Below, piece by piece: positions 8,749 to 17,958 of a DNA stretch of 64,000 nucleotides. The DNA is taken from NCBI GenBank assembly GCA_964440565.1, contig CAYTTB010000003.1:70353-134352 (forward strand), written 5' to 3'. Position 1 is the stretch's first letter. Every line of letters begins with the position of its first letter. The position numbers were made by a program, and so were the translations under genes. The DNA comes from an uncultured Thermoanaerobaculia bacterium. GTDB lineage: Bacteria; Acidobacteriota; Thermoanaerobaculia; Thermoanaerobaculales; Sulfomarinibacteraceae. The notes under the pieces were generated by a model. It saw only the letters and a program-made list of their open reading frames with translations, had not been told where the DNA came from and made no database searches.

Positions 8749-10536
8749 ATGTTCCCGGTGATGCTCGACATCCGCGGGCGGCGGTGCCTGGTGGTGGGTG
8801 GCGGCGGGGTGGCGCTGCGGAAGGTGGAGGGGCTGCTCGCCGAGGGCGGGGAGGTCACGGTGGTGGCGCCCGAGGTGGTGGATCCCATCGTCCGGCTCGC
8901 CGGGGCGGGGGCGCTTCGGCTCGAGCGGCGCCCCTACCGCGACGGGGAGGCGGAGGGATACGCCCTGGTCTTCGCCGCCACGGACGACCGCGAGGTGAAC
9001 CGGCGGGTGTTCGAGGACGCCGAGCGGGCGGGAGTCTGGGTCAACGTGGCCGACGACCCCGAGCTGTGCACGTTCCACCTCCCGGCGACGATCCGCCGGG
9101 GGAGACTGCGGATCGCCCTCGCTTCCGGGGGCGAGGCCCCGTTCGTGGTCCGCCGGCTCCGGCAGGCGCTGGAACGGCGCCTGGGCCAGGAGTGGGGCGA
9201 GTGGCTCGAGGCGGCGGCGCGGTTCCGCGAGCGGGTGCGCGCGGAGGTGGCGGACCGGAGGCTCCGCGAGCGCCTCTACGACCGGTTCTTCCGGAGCTCG
9301 GTGGACACCCGGCAGCTCTCGGTGCGCGTGCCCACGGAGCGCGAGGTGGCCGCCTGGCTGGAGGAGGGCGGTGCGGAGCCTCCCGCGCACCGCGGGAGCG
9401 TGGGCGGCGGGAGGCCGGAGCGGCGGGCGGGCCTGGTGTCGCTGGTGGGGGCGGGGCCCGGGGAGCCCGGCCTCCTCACCCTCCGGGGCCACCGGCGGCT
9501 GATGGCCGCGGACGCGGTGGTGTACGACCGCCTGGCCGCCCCGGCGCTGCCGCCCGAGCTCCCGGCGCGGGTGGAGCTGCACTGCGTGGGGAAGACCGCC
9601 GGGCACCACCCGGTGCCGCAGGAGGAGATCACCGCGCTCCTCGTGCGGCTGGCGCGCGAGGGCAAGCGGGTGGTGCGGCTGAAGGGTGGCGACCCGTACG
9701 TCTTCGGGCGCGGCGGCGAGGAGGCCGAGGCGCTCCGGGCGGCGGGCGTCCCGGTGGAGGTGATCCCGGGGGTGACGGCCGGGCTGGCGGCGCCGGCGTG
9801 GGCCGGGATCCCGGTCACCCACCGCCGGGAGGCGGTCCGGGTCACGCTGGTCACCGCGCACGAGTGCATCAAGAGCGCTGGCCCTCAGGTGCGATGGGAC
9901 CTGCTCGCCCGGGACCCGCACGCCACGCTCGTGGGCTACATGGGCGTGACCTCGCTGCCCACGGTGGTCGAGCGGCTCCTCGCGGCGGGGATGGATCCGG
10001 CCACGCCGGCGGCCGTCGTGCAGCGGGGAACCACCAGCGGGCAGCGCACCGTGCGGGCGTCCCTGGCCGAGCTGCCGCGGGCCGCGCGGGAGGCCCGGAT
10101 CCGGCCTCCGGCGGTGTTCGTGATCGGTCCCACCGTGCGCCACGCGGAGCGGCTAGACTGGGTGGGGCGGCTGCCCCTGGTCGGACGGCGGGTGGCGGTG
10201 GCACCGGAGGCGTGGGGGCTGGCGGAGGCGCTGGAGCTCGCCGGCGCGGAGGTGGTCCGGGTGCCGGTGCCGCTCACGCCGGCGGCGCGGGTGGCGCTCG
10301 GGGCGCTGCCGCTCACGGACTGCGTCGTCGGGTCGAGCGCCGAGGTGGAGGCGCTGGACGGCGAGCGGGGCGGCCCGGGGTGGGAGGGACGGGTGGGCGC
10401 GTGGTGTCTGGGTCGTGCCGCGGCGGAGAGGGCGCGGGCCCTGGGGTGGGAGACGGTGGTGGAGCTCGGGAGGGACGACGGCGATGAGGCGGCGGTGGTG
10501 GCCGCGATGGCGGGTGAGCTGGCAGCGGTGGGCTAG
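8749..10536 (+). CDS. cysG: Siroheme synthase (precorrin-2 dehydrogenase/ferrochelatase plus uroporphyrinogen-III C-methyltransferase) with an extra C-terminal HemD-like segment
   Basis: N-terminal CLVVGGGGVALRK Rossmann fold, SUMT core LVGAGPGEPGLLTLRG..VVRLKGGDP, then about 130 further residues. RBS GGGGGAGG. Confidence 0.85.
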   Translation: MFPVMLDIRGRRCLVVGGGGVALRKVEGLLAEGGEVTVVAPEVVDPIVRLAGAGALRLERRPYRDGEAEGYALVFAATDDREVNRRVFEDAERAGVWVNVADDPELCTFHLPATIRRGRLRIALASGGEAPFVVRRLRQALERRLGQEWGEWLEAAARFRERVRAEVADRRLRERLYDRFFRSSVDTRQLSVRVPTEREVAAWLEEGGAEPPAHRGSVGGGRPERRAGLVSLVGAGPGEPGLLTLRGHRRLMAADAVVYDRLAAPALPPELPARVELHCVGKTAGHHPVPQEEITALLVRLAREGKRVVRLKGGDPYVFGRGGEEAEALRAAGVPVEVIPGVTAGLAAPAWAGIPVTHRREAVRVTLVTAHECIKSAGPQVRWDLLARDPHATLVGYMGVTSLPTVVERLLAAGMDPATPAAVVQRGTTSGQRTVRASLAELPRAAREARIRPPAVFVIGPTVRHAERLDWVGRLPLVGRRVAVAPEAWGLAEALELAGAEVVRVPVPLTPAARVALGALPLTDCVVGSSAEVEALDGERGGPGWEGRVGAWCLGRAAAERARALGWETVVELGRDDGDEAAVVAAMAGELAAVG

Positions 10537-11413
10537 CCTGGGGGCGGTGCTGGCGGCCGCCGCCCTCGCCTCCGCCGGTGAGCCCCCGGGCGAGATCCAG
10601 CGGCTGGGCGTGGTGGGGTTCTACAACCCGCGGCTCATGGTGCTCAAGTACCAGCCGCTGGCCGACTACCTCTCGGACACGACGCCGTGGCGGTGGGAGC
10701 TCGACATCTCCACCGACTACCTCAGCGTCGAGGACGGGCTGTGCGGGGGGCGTCTGGCGCTGGCCTACCTGGGTCCGTTCACCTACACGAGGACGCACGA
10801 GCGGTGCGGCGCCGAGCCGGTGGTGCGCCTCGACACGGCCGGCCGGCCCACCTACCGGAGCCTGATCCTGGTGCGGCACGACAGCGACATCCGGCGGCTC
10901 GCCGACCTCGCGGGGAAGGTGTTCGCGTTCGGCTCGCCGCTGTCCACCTCCTCGCACCTGGTCCCCCGGGCCATGCTGCTCGAGGCCGGGCTCGAGCCGG
11001 GCCGCGACCTCCGGTGCCGGTACTACGGGCACCACGACCGGGCGGCCCGGGCGGTGGTGCTGCGCGAGGCGGCCGCCTGCGGCGTCCGCGACCTGGTGGG
11101 CGAGCGGTTCGTGGGGCGCGGCCTCAGGGTGCTGGCCGCCTCGCGGCCGCTGCCCAACTTCCCGCTCGTGGCCGGGCCGGGCACCGGCCCCGAGGTTCGC
11201 CGGGAGGTGATCCGGGCGCTGGTGGACCTGCCGGAGCGTGATCCCGGTCTGCGTGCCCGGATCGCGCGCTGGGACGAGGAGCTCGCGGCGGGGTTCGCGC
11301 GGTGCTCCGCCGCGGACTACGCCCCGATCCGCGCGCTGATACTCCGGGTGTTCGGCCCGCGCGGTCTCACCGCGGGACCGGCGGAGCTGCGGTGCGGGCC
11401 GGTGAGCCGATGA
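10484..11413 (+). CDS. PhnD-like periplasmic substrate-binding protein (sensor-associated)
   Basis: Signal peptide, then the GFYNP..YQPLADYL..AYLGPFTY..LILVR..GKVFAFGSPLSTSSHLVPR pattern typical of phosphonate-type binding proteins. The stop overlaps the kinase ATG. Confidence 0.7.
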   Translation: MRRRWWPRWRVSWQRWASLGAVLAAAALASAGEPPGEIQRLGVVGFYNPRLMVLKYQPLADYLSDTTPWRWELDISTDYLSVEDGLCGGRLALAYLGPFTYTRTHERCGAEPVVRLDTAGRPTYRSLILVRHDSDIRRLADLAGKVFAFGSPLSTSSHLVPRAMLLEAGLEPGRDLRCRYYGHHDRAARAVVLREAAACGVRDLVGERFVGRGLRVLAASRPLPNFPLVAGPGTGPEVRREVIRALVDLPERDPGLRARIARWDEELAAGFARCSAADYAPIRALILRVFGPRGLTAGPAELRCGPVSR

Positions 11414-12881
11414 GACTCCGGCTCGGCCTCCGCACCAAGTTCTTCCTCTACTCGAACACCCTCATCGTGGTGACGATGACCCTGGTGGCGCTGCTCGGCG
11501 TGGCGCACGAGCGGCGGGCGCGGTACGACGAGGTGAGGCGGCGGGCGCTGAGCATCACCGAGGCGCTCGCGATCCCCATCACCGACGCGCTGCTCTACGA
11601 GGAGCTCGATCTCGTCGCCGAGAGCGGGCTCATCGACAGCTACCTCGAGGAGGTGGTGAGCCGGAACCGTGACCTGGTGCTGTACGTGGTGGTGACGGAC
11701 CGGAGAGGCCGCATCACCCACTCCACCCGGTGGGACTGGCTGGGGGAGCGGTTCGCCCGCGCGCTGGGGCGCGAGGCGGTGGGAGCCCCGCCGGTGGTGG
11801 AGACGTTCGAGGTGGACGGGGTGGAGACGCTCGAGGTGCGCACGACGCTCAACATCTCCACCCGCTACTGGGGCTGCCTGGCGGCGGGGTTCTCGCTCGA
11901 GGGTGTCCGCGAGCGCGTGGCGCTGCTCGCCAGGCGAGCGGCGACGGTGGCGTTCCTCCTCATGCTGGCGAACTCGCTCCTCACCGCGATCTACGTGGAG
12001 TCGCTGATCCGTCCGATCTTCGAACTCAACGAGCGGATGAAGCGGGCGGGCAGGGGCGATCTCTCGGTCCGGGCCGACGAGCGGCGGGGAGACGAGGTGG
12101 GCGAGCTCGCCCGGGCGTTCAACCGGATGATGGACGAGCTGGAGGCGGCCCGGGATCGGGAGGAGGTGCGGAAGGCCCAGCTCGCGCACACCGAGAAGAT
12201 GGTGGCGGTGGGGACGCTGGCCGCCGGCGTCGCGCACGAGGTCAGCAACCCGCTCGCCGGGATCCTGGCGTGCCTCGAGAACCTCCGGCGTGACCCCGAC
12301 GACGTCGAGATGCGCGAGCGCTACCTGGAGCTGATCCGCGAGGGACTCGAGCGCATCGAGCGCACCGTGCGCAATCTGCTCGACTTCTCGAGGCCGCGGG
12401 AGATGCAGCTCGAGCCCACGTCCGTCAATCACGCGCTCCAGCACGTGGCGGAGCTCGTGGAGTACCAGCTGCGCAAGGCGGGGATCGAGCTCGAGTGGGA
12501 CCTGGATCCCGAGGATCCGGTGGTGATGGCGGACCACTTCCAGATGGAGCAGCTGTTCCTCAACCTGGTGCTCAACGCGATCCAGGCGATGCCGGAGGGC
12601 GGGACGCTCACGCTCCGCACCCGGGCGGCACGGGGGCGGGTGGTCGCGGAGGTGGCCGACACCGGGTGCGGGATCGCGCCCGGGAACCTCGGCCGGATCT
12701 TCGATCCGTTCTTCACCACCCGGGAGGTGGGCGAGGGGACTGGCCTCGGCCTGGCCGTGAGCGATACCATCGTGCGGGCGCACGGCGGGTCCATCGAGGT
12801 GGAGAGCGCCGTGGGCCGCGGCTCGACGTTCCGGGTCGTCCTGCCCTCGAGGCGGGGCCCGCGCGGGGGGGAGGAACCGAC

Positions 12882-12885
<4 letters not shown>
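11410..12885 (+). CDS. Membrane sensor histidine kinase (two TM helices, periplasmic domain, HAMP, HisKA, HATPase)
   Basis: H-box VAHEVSNPLAGI, N box LNLVLNAIQA, G boxes DTGCGI and GTGLGLAV. Overlaps both neighbours via ATGA. Confidence 0.85.
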
Positions 12886-14270
<1,385 letters not shown>

Positions 14271-14280
14271 GCGCGGGGAC

Positions 14281-14336
14281 GTCACCCGCGCGTGACGCGC
14301 GGCCGGGACCGCCGTTCCGGGTCACCCGCGCGTAAC
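14281..14336 (+). promoter_or_regulatory. Two copies, 40 bp apart, of a 16-bp palindromic box (candidate activator binding sites)
   Basis: GTCACCCGCGCGTGAC at 14281-14296 and GTCACCCGCGCGTAAC at 14321-14336. They share a 13-nt exact core. The proximal copy is centred about 92 bp upstream of the -24 GG. Confidence 0.45.
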
Positions 14337-14418
14337 CTCGGCGCCCCGCCCGGCCGTCGCCGCGCCGTGCATCTCCCGCGACAGCGAGGGTTGCGGCTCG
14401 CCGCGGCAGCGGCCGAGG

Positions 14419-14434
14419 TGGCATGCCGCTTGCT
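14419..14434 (+). promoter_or_regulatory. Sigma-54 -24/-12 promoter
   Basis: TGGCAT-GCCGC-TTGCT has the exact GG-N10-GC spacing of the RpoN consensus. Confidence 0.7.
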
Positions 14435-14445
14435 CGTCCCCTGAC

Positions 14446-14586
14446 AGCCCCCGGTACCGGGGGCGTGGGAGAGGATCACGGAGCCCCCCCAACGGGGCCC
14501 GGGCCCGGGCGGCGCGGGTCCCGCTTCATCCCACTCCTCTCCACAACCCCTTCCCGGGGTGGCCGCGCGAAAGCGCGGCTCTTTTT
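14446..14586 (+). ncRNA. Candidate sigma-54-dependent small RNA (about 140 nt) or attenuated leader
   Basis: Bounded by the promoter at 14419-14434 and the intrinsic terminator at 14561-14586. Has a 5' perfect 16-nt palindrome CCCCCGGTACCGGGGG (14448-14463). The C/U-rich stretch TCCTCTCC (14535-14542) is complementary to GGGAGAGGA (14467-14475) and to SD sequences. No convincing ORF. Confidence 0.45.
14561..14586 (+). terminator. Rho-independent terminator
   Basis: GCCGCGC-GAAA-GCGCGGC, a 7-bp GC stem with a GAAA loop, followed by TCTTTTT. This is one of the very few T-runs in the window. Confidence 0.65.
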
Positions 14587-14736
14587 CGGCGCCCCCGCTC
14601 TTGCCGCCACGGTGGGTGGGGGGAGAAGGCGGCGCGCGGCTCGCTGCGGCTGGATCCCCGCATGGCGGGGGGCCGCCGCCGACGGCCGGGACGGGCGCGG
14701 CGCCGGGATCCCTTCGCCCCCCCGGACCGGCGGGGC

Positions 14737-14752
14737 TGGCACGGGCGCTGCA
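14737..14752 (+). promoter_or_regulatory. Sigma-54-like promoter for the downstream secreted-protein gene
   Basis: TGGCAC-GGGCG-CTGCA. The -24 box is perfect and the -12 keeps TGC. It lies about 46 bp upstream of ATG 14798. Confidence 0.5.
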
Positions 14753-14797
14753 TTGATGGCGGTGCGGGGGTACACTCGTCCCCCGGGGAGGTGCGGC

Positions 14798-15382
14798 ATG
14801 AGGCGTGCGGGGCTCGTGGCGGTGCTGGCGGTGACGGTGGGGCTGGCCGTGCCGGCGGCGGCCGGCGAGGACGCGGCGCGGGCGGCGGTGCGGGAGCGGC
14901 TCGCGGACATGCTGGCGGGGGAGAACCTCGACAAGGTCGAGTTCCGCGCGCTGGACTTCGACCAGGCGATGCGGTGGATCTACCTCGCGGTGGACACCTA
15001 CCTCGACCGGGCGGCGGCCCGCCTGGGGGGAGACGAGGCCGCGGGAGAGTACGGGGCGGAGATCCTCGCGGGTCTCGAGGACCACACGGTGCGGTACGCC
15101 GACGAGCAGGGGCTCGAGGTGGTGGGAGAGCAGGTGCTGCGGGTGGAGAGTGACGAGCAGGCCCGGCAGCTGGGGGAGCTGCTGTACCGGGTGGCGGAGC
15201 TCCTCCGCGAGGCCCACGTGGGCCGCGGCGTGGCGCTCCGGAGCGCGGCGCGGAAGGTGTTCGAGACGATGGCCCCCGTCGCCGGCAACCGGCAGTCCCT
15301 GGTCACCCAGTACGTGGTGCGGATGCGCTCCCTCACCCCGGAGGAGCGGCGCGACATGGTTCGCTGGTTGCAGGGGGGGTGA
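14798..15382 (+). CDS. Hypothetical secreted protein
   Basis: Internal ATG of ORF 14423..15382 after GGGGAGG. Signal peptide MRRAGLVAVLAVTVGLAVPAAAG. No family recognised. Confidence 0.55.
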   Translation: MRRAGLVAVLAVTVGLAVPAAAGEDAARAAVRERLADMLAGENLDKVEFRALDFDQAMRWIYLAVDTYLDRAAARLGGDEAAGEYGAEILAGLEDHTVRYADEQGLEVVGEQVLRVESDEQARQLGELLYRVAELLREAHVGRGVALRSAARKVFETMAPVAGNRQSLVTQYVVRMRSLTPEERRDMVRWLQGG

Positions 15383-15400
15383 CGGCCCGGCGGGTCGCCC

Positions 15401-16090
15401 TCACCGCTCGCGGTACCAGCGGGTGCCGTCGTCCCACACGATCACGGCGAACCCCTGCTCGAGCCGCCCCTTGCAGCACCCCGGGGCGAACCCGCCGATG
15501 AGCGTGTCGGGGCCCGTGAGCCGCCCGGCGACCTCGCGGTCGGGGAGCACGAAGGTGAGTCGCGCCCCTTCCTGGCGGATCTCGAGCGGGCCGCTCGGCG
15601 TGCGCCACACGCCGCGGAGGTCCGGCCGGCCCTCCAGCAGGGGTGCCGCCGTCACGGCGGTGGGCCGCGGTGGGGGCGTCGGGGCCGGCGCGGGCGGGGG
15701 CGCCGTGGGCGCCGGGGCGCCCTCGCCGGCGGGCGCGGCCGAGGCCGCCGCCACGGCGAACCACGGGCGCGGCGCGCCGCCGCCCGCGGGGACGTAGCTT
15801 CCGGCCATCGTGGGCACCTCGGCCCCCGGGGTCGCGACCCACCCTTCCCACAGCTCGACCCCGTCCGGGGCCGAGCGCCGGAGGACGATCCGGCGGCCCG
15901 CGAGCCGGCCCTCGACGGGCCGGCCGAGCAGCGTCCCGGAGAGCTCGCCGCCGCGCCTCACGGCGAGGCGGAGGAGCCCGGCGGTGCCGTCCGCGTTGAC
16001 CTGCCACACCTGTGTCGCGGCGCGCTCCTGGGCGCCGGCCGCCGCCGCCACCGCCAGCGCCACCGCCAGCACGAGCCCTGGGTTCCGCAT
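15401..16090 (-). CDS. Hypothetical secreted two-domain protein with a Pro/Ala-rich linker
   Basis: Signal peptide MRNPGLVLAVALAVAAAAGAQ. Lies 85 bp downstream of the porin gene on the same strand. Confidence 0.55.
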   Translation of the reverse strand: MRNPGLVLAVALAVAAAAGAQERAATQVWQVNADGTAGLLRLAVRRGGELSGTLLGRPVEGRLAGRRIVLRRSAPDGVELWEGWVATPGAEVPTMAGSYVPAGGGAPRPWFAVAAASAAPAGEGAPAPTAPPPAPAPTPPPRPTAVTAAPLLEGRPDLRGVWRTPSGPLEIRQEGARLTFVLPDREVAGRLTGPDTLIGGFAPGCCKGRLEQGFAVIVWDDGTRWYRER

Positions 16091-16175
16091 CGTCGGCCTC
16101 CGCGGAAAGTGTAGCGAAGAGAGGAGGGCCCCGGGGGTGCCGCCCCGGGGCCCGGGCGCGTCGTGCCGGCTCAGC

Positions 16176-17336
16176 TCAGAACTTGTACTGCCACTGCAGC
16201 ACCCAGCCGTCGTCCCTGTACCCCCACTTGCCGGTCCAGGCGTCGGTGTCGCCGCTGGCCAGGATGTAGTTGAACACGATCTTGTGCCGCTGGAAATCAC
16301 GTGCCTTGTACCTGATGGGGGACAGGTACCAGTTGAAGCCGATGTAGGTGTTGCCGAGATCCGAGGAGCCGGAGGCGGGGTTGTCGGCGGAGGCCTGGTA
16401 GTGCTTGACCATCGCCTCGACGTTGCGTGCCACCATGTAGCCGAACATCACGGACCAGGTGTCCTGGTCGAAATCCTTCACACCGAGAACGTTGTGACCG
16501 CTGACGTACTCGAAGGCGGCCTCCCACGTGGGGTGGCTGGTGAGCACGCCCAGGTCCCACACCGAGTAGTCCTCGGTCCGGGGACCACCGGCCTGCTCGG
16601 AGACGCCGTAGGAGGCCTCGAGGTGAAGGGGACGCCCGTAGTCGTAATGGACCCGGACCGCATAGGCGAGGGCGTCGCCCAGCAGGGACTTGTCCCACTT
16701 CACCGCGGCGGAGCGGCCGGCCGGGTTGAAGACGCCGATGTCGTAGCCGAAGCCGTACCCGCGGCGCTCGTGCCCCATCTCCAGCCCGTTGGTCTTCATC
16801 TTCCTGTCCGCGGGCTGGCCGATGAGCCGCCCCGACAGCATCAGGCCGAAGTCGCGCTCGAAGACCAGCCCCTTGTCGAGCTTGTTGCGCTCCACGATGT
16901 CCAGGTTCCAGCCGGGGTTGGTGAAGCTCATCCCGATGGGGGTCTTGATCATGCCCAGCCGGATGAAGGCGGCGTTGGACCACCGGTACGCCACGAAGGC
17001 GTCCTTGATCATCTTCGGCAGGCCACCCTCGTCCTTGCTGTGCGACTGGTTGAAGTCGAGGAACAGCTTCCCCGCGATGGGGCCGTGGAAGTAGTTGAAG
17101 CCGATCCGGATGCGCTGGGCCTTGAAGAACAGGCCGCCCTCGGCCGACTGGCCGTCCCCGCCGCGCATCTCGAACTGGGAGAAGCCGTAGATCTTGACCT
17201 TGATCTCCTTGTCCCCGATCTTGTCCTTGAGCGTGATCTTGGCGCTCGCGGTGGCGGGCGCGAGGACGATCGCGACGATCGCCAGACCCGTCACCGCCAG
17301 TGCCGCCAGCGTGTTCCGTGTGCCCTCTGGTCGCAT
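16176..17336 (-). CDS. Outer-membrane beta-barrel porin
   Basis: Signal peptide ending ATASA, alternating beta-strand pattern rich in Y/F/G/N, C-terminal OMP signature QWQYKF. RBS GGGGAGG. Confidence 0.75.
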   Translation of the reverse strand: MRPEGTRNTLAALAVTGLAIVAIVLAPATASAKITLKDKIGDKEIKVKIYGFSQFEMRGGDGQSAEGGLFFKAQRIRIGFNYFHGPIAGKLFLDFNQSHSKDEGGLPKMIKDAFVAYRWSNAAFIRLGMIKTPIGMSFTNPGWNLDIVERNKLDKGLVFERDFGLMLSGRLIGQPADRKMKTNGLEMGHERRGYGFGYDIGVFNPAGRSAAVKWDKSLLGDALAYAVRVHYDYGRPLHLEASYGVSEQAGGPRTEDYSVWDLGVLTSHPTWEAAFEYVSGHNVLGVKDFDQDTWSVMFGYMVARNVEAMVKHYQASADNPASGSSDLGNTYIGFNWYLSPIRYKARDFQRHKIVFNYILASGDTDAWTGKWGYRDDGWVLQWQYKF

Positions 17337-17403
17337 CTCAACCTCCCCGTGAAGTTCCACCGTTCGGGGGACCGGCGCTCCGCTCCCCTCTCGCCGTGAT
17401 CGA

Positions 17404-17418
17404 GCAAGGAGTGTGCCA
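17404..17418 (-). promoter_or_regulatory. Sigma-54 -24/-12 promoter of the porin gene
   Basis: The plus strand reads GCAA-GGAGT-GTGCCA, giving TGGCAC-ACTCC-TTGC on the minus strand. It is about 68 nt upstream of the porin start. Confidence 0.7.
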
Positions 17419-17575
17419 GCCGTGAATCGGTTCACAAGCGCACGGACGGGGGCTGGAACCTCTGCAGGGCCACGGGATGCATCGCCCGCGAGGAGGCCCG
17501 GGGGCGGCGGGGTTACCCGGGCGTTACCGGCGGGATGTGAATGTCGTGTAACGCGGTCGCGGCGTCACGGGTGCT

Positions 17576-17902
17576 TCACGCGGCGGTGGCGGCGTCCACG
17601 TCGTCGTAGATCGCGAACAGCCGGTGGAGCCGGGTGAGCTCCACGATGGAGCGAACGGCGGGGGTGAGCCCGGCGAGGCGTACGTCCCCGCCGCGGGCCC
17701 TGGCCGCCTTGAGGGCCGCGACCAGCGCGCTCAGGCCGGAGGAGTCGATGAAGGAAAGGGGCGAGAGATCGAGCACCAGCCGGTGCCGGCCCGACTCCAC
17801 GAGCTCGCGGAGGAACGCCTTCGCGGCCTCGGCCGTCCTCGCGTCCAGCTCCGGTCCGATGGTGACCACCGTGTAGGGGCCGCGATCCTCGGTCGGGTAC
17901 AT
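17576..17902 (-). CDS. STAS-domain anti-sigma-factor antagonist (SpoIIAA-like)
   Basis: Contains LDLSPLSFIDSSGLSALV with the conserved phospho-Ser context. RBS GGAGGAG. Confidence 0.85.
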   Translation of the reverse strand: MYPTEDRGPYTVVTIGPELDARTAEAAKAFLRELVESGRHRLVLDLSPLSFIDSSGLSALVAALKAARARGGDVRLAGLTPAVRSIVELTRLHRLFAIYDDVDAATAA

Positions 17903-17936
17903 GGGCTCCTCCGACGGCCGTGGGACGGCCACCGCT

Positions 17937-17942
17937 ATTCTA
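17937..17942 (-). promoter_or_regulatory. Candidate -10 hexamer TAGAAT for the STAS gene
   Basis: ATTCTA on the plus strand. It is an isolated AT-rich hexamer about 35 nt upstream of the start. Confidence 0.35.
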
Positions 17943-17958
17943 CAGGTCGGGGGTGAGG

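Noticed and set aside
14271-14291. Hairpin GCGCGGG-N7-CCCGCGC right after the activator stop. It could mean the first palindromic box is merely a terminator stem.
   Set aside because: It has no T-tract. The same 13-nt core recurs 40 bp downstream without the complementary arm, and a matching box occurs at 381-396. The activator-site reading is kept, but this alternative lowers its confidence.
16176-17336. The porin gene looks less GC-rich than its neighbours, raising the possibility of horizontal acquisition.
   Set aside because: The composition was not computed. The enrichment of Y/N/K/F/D codons typical of beta-barrels explains the impression, and no mobility genes or flanking repeats are present.
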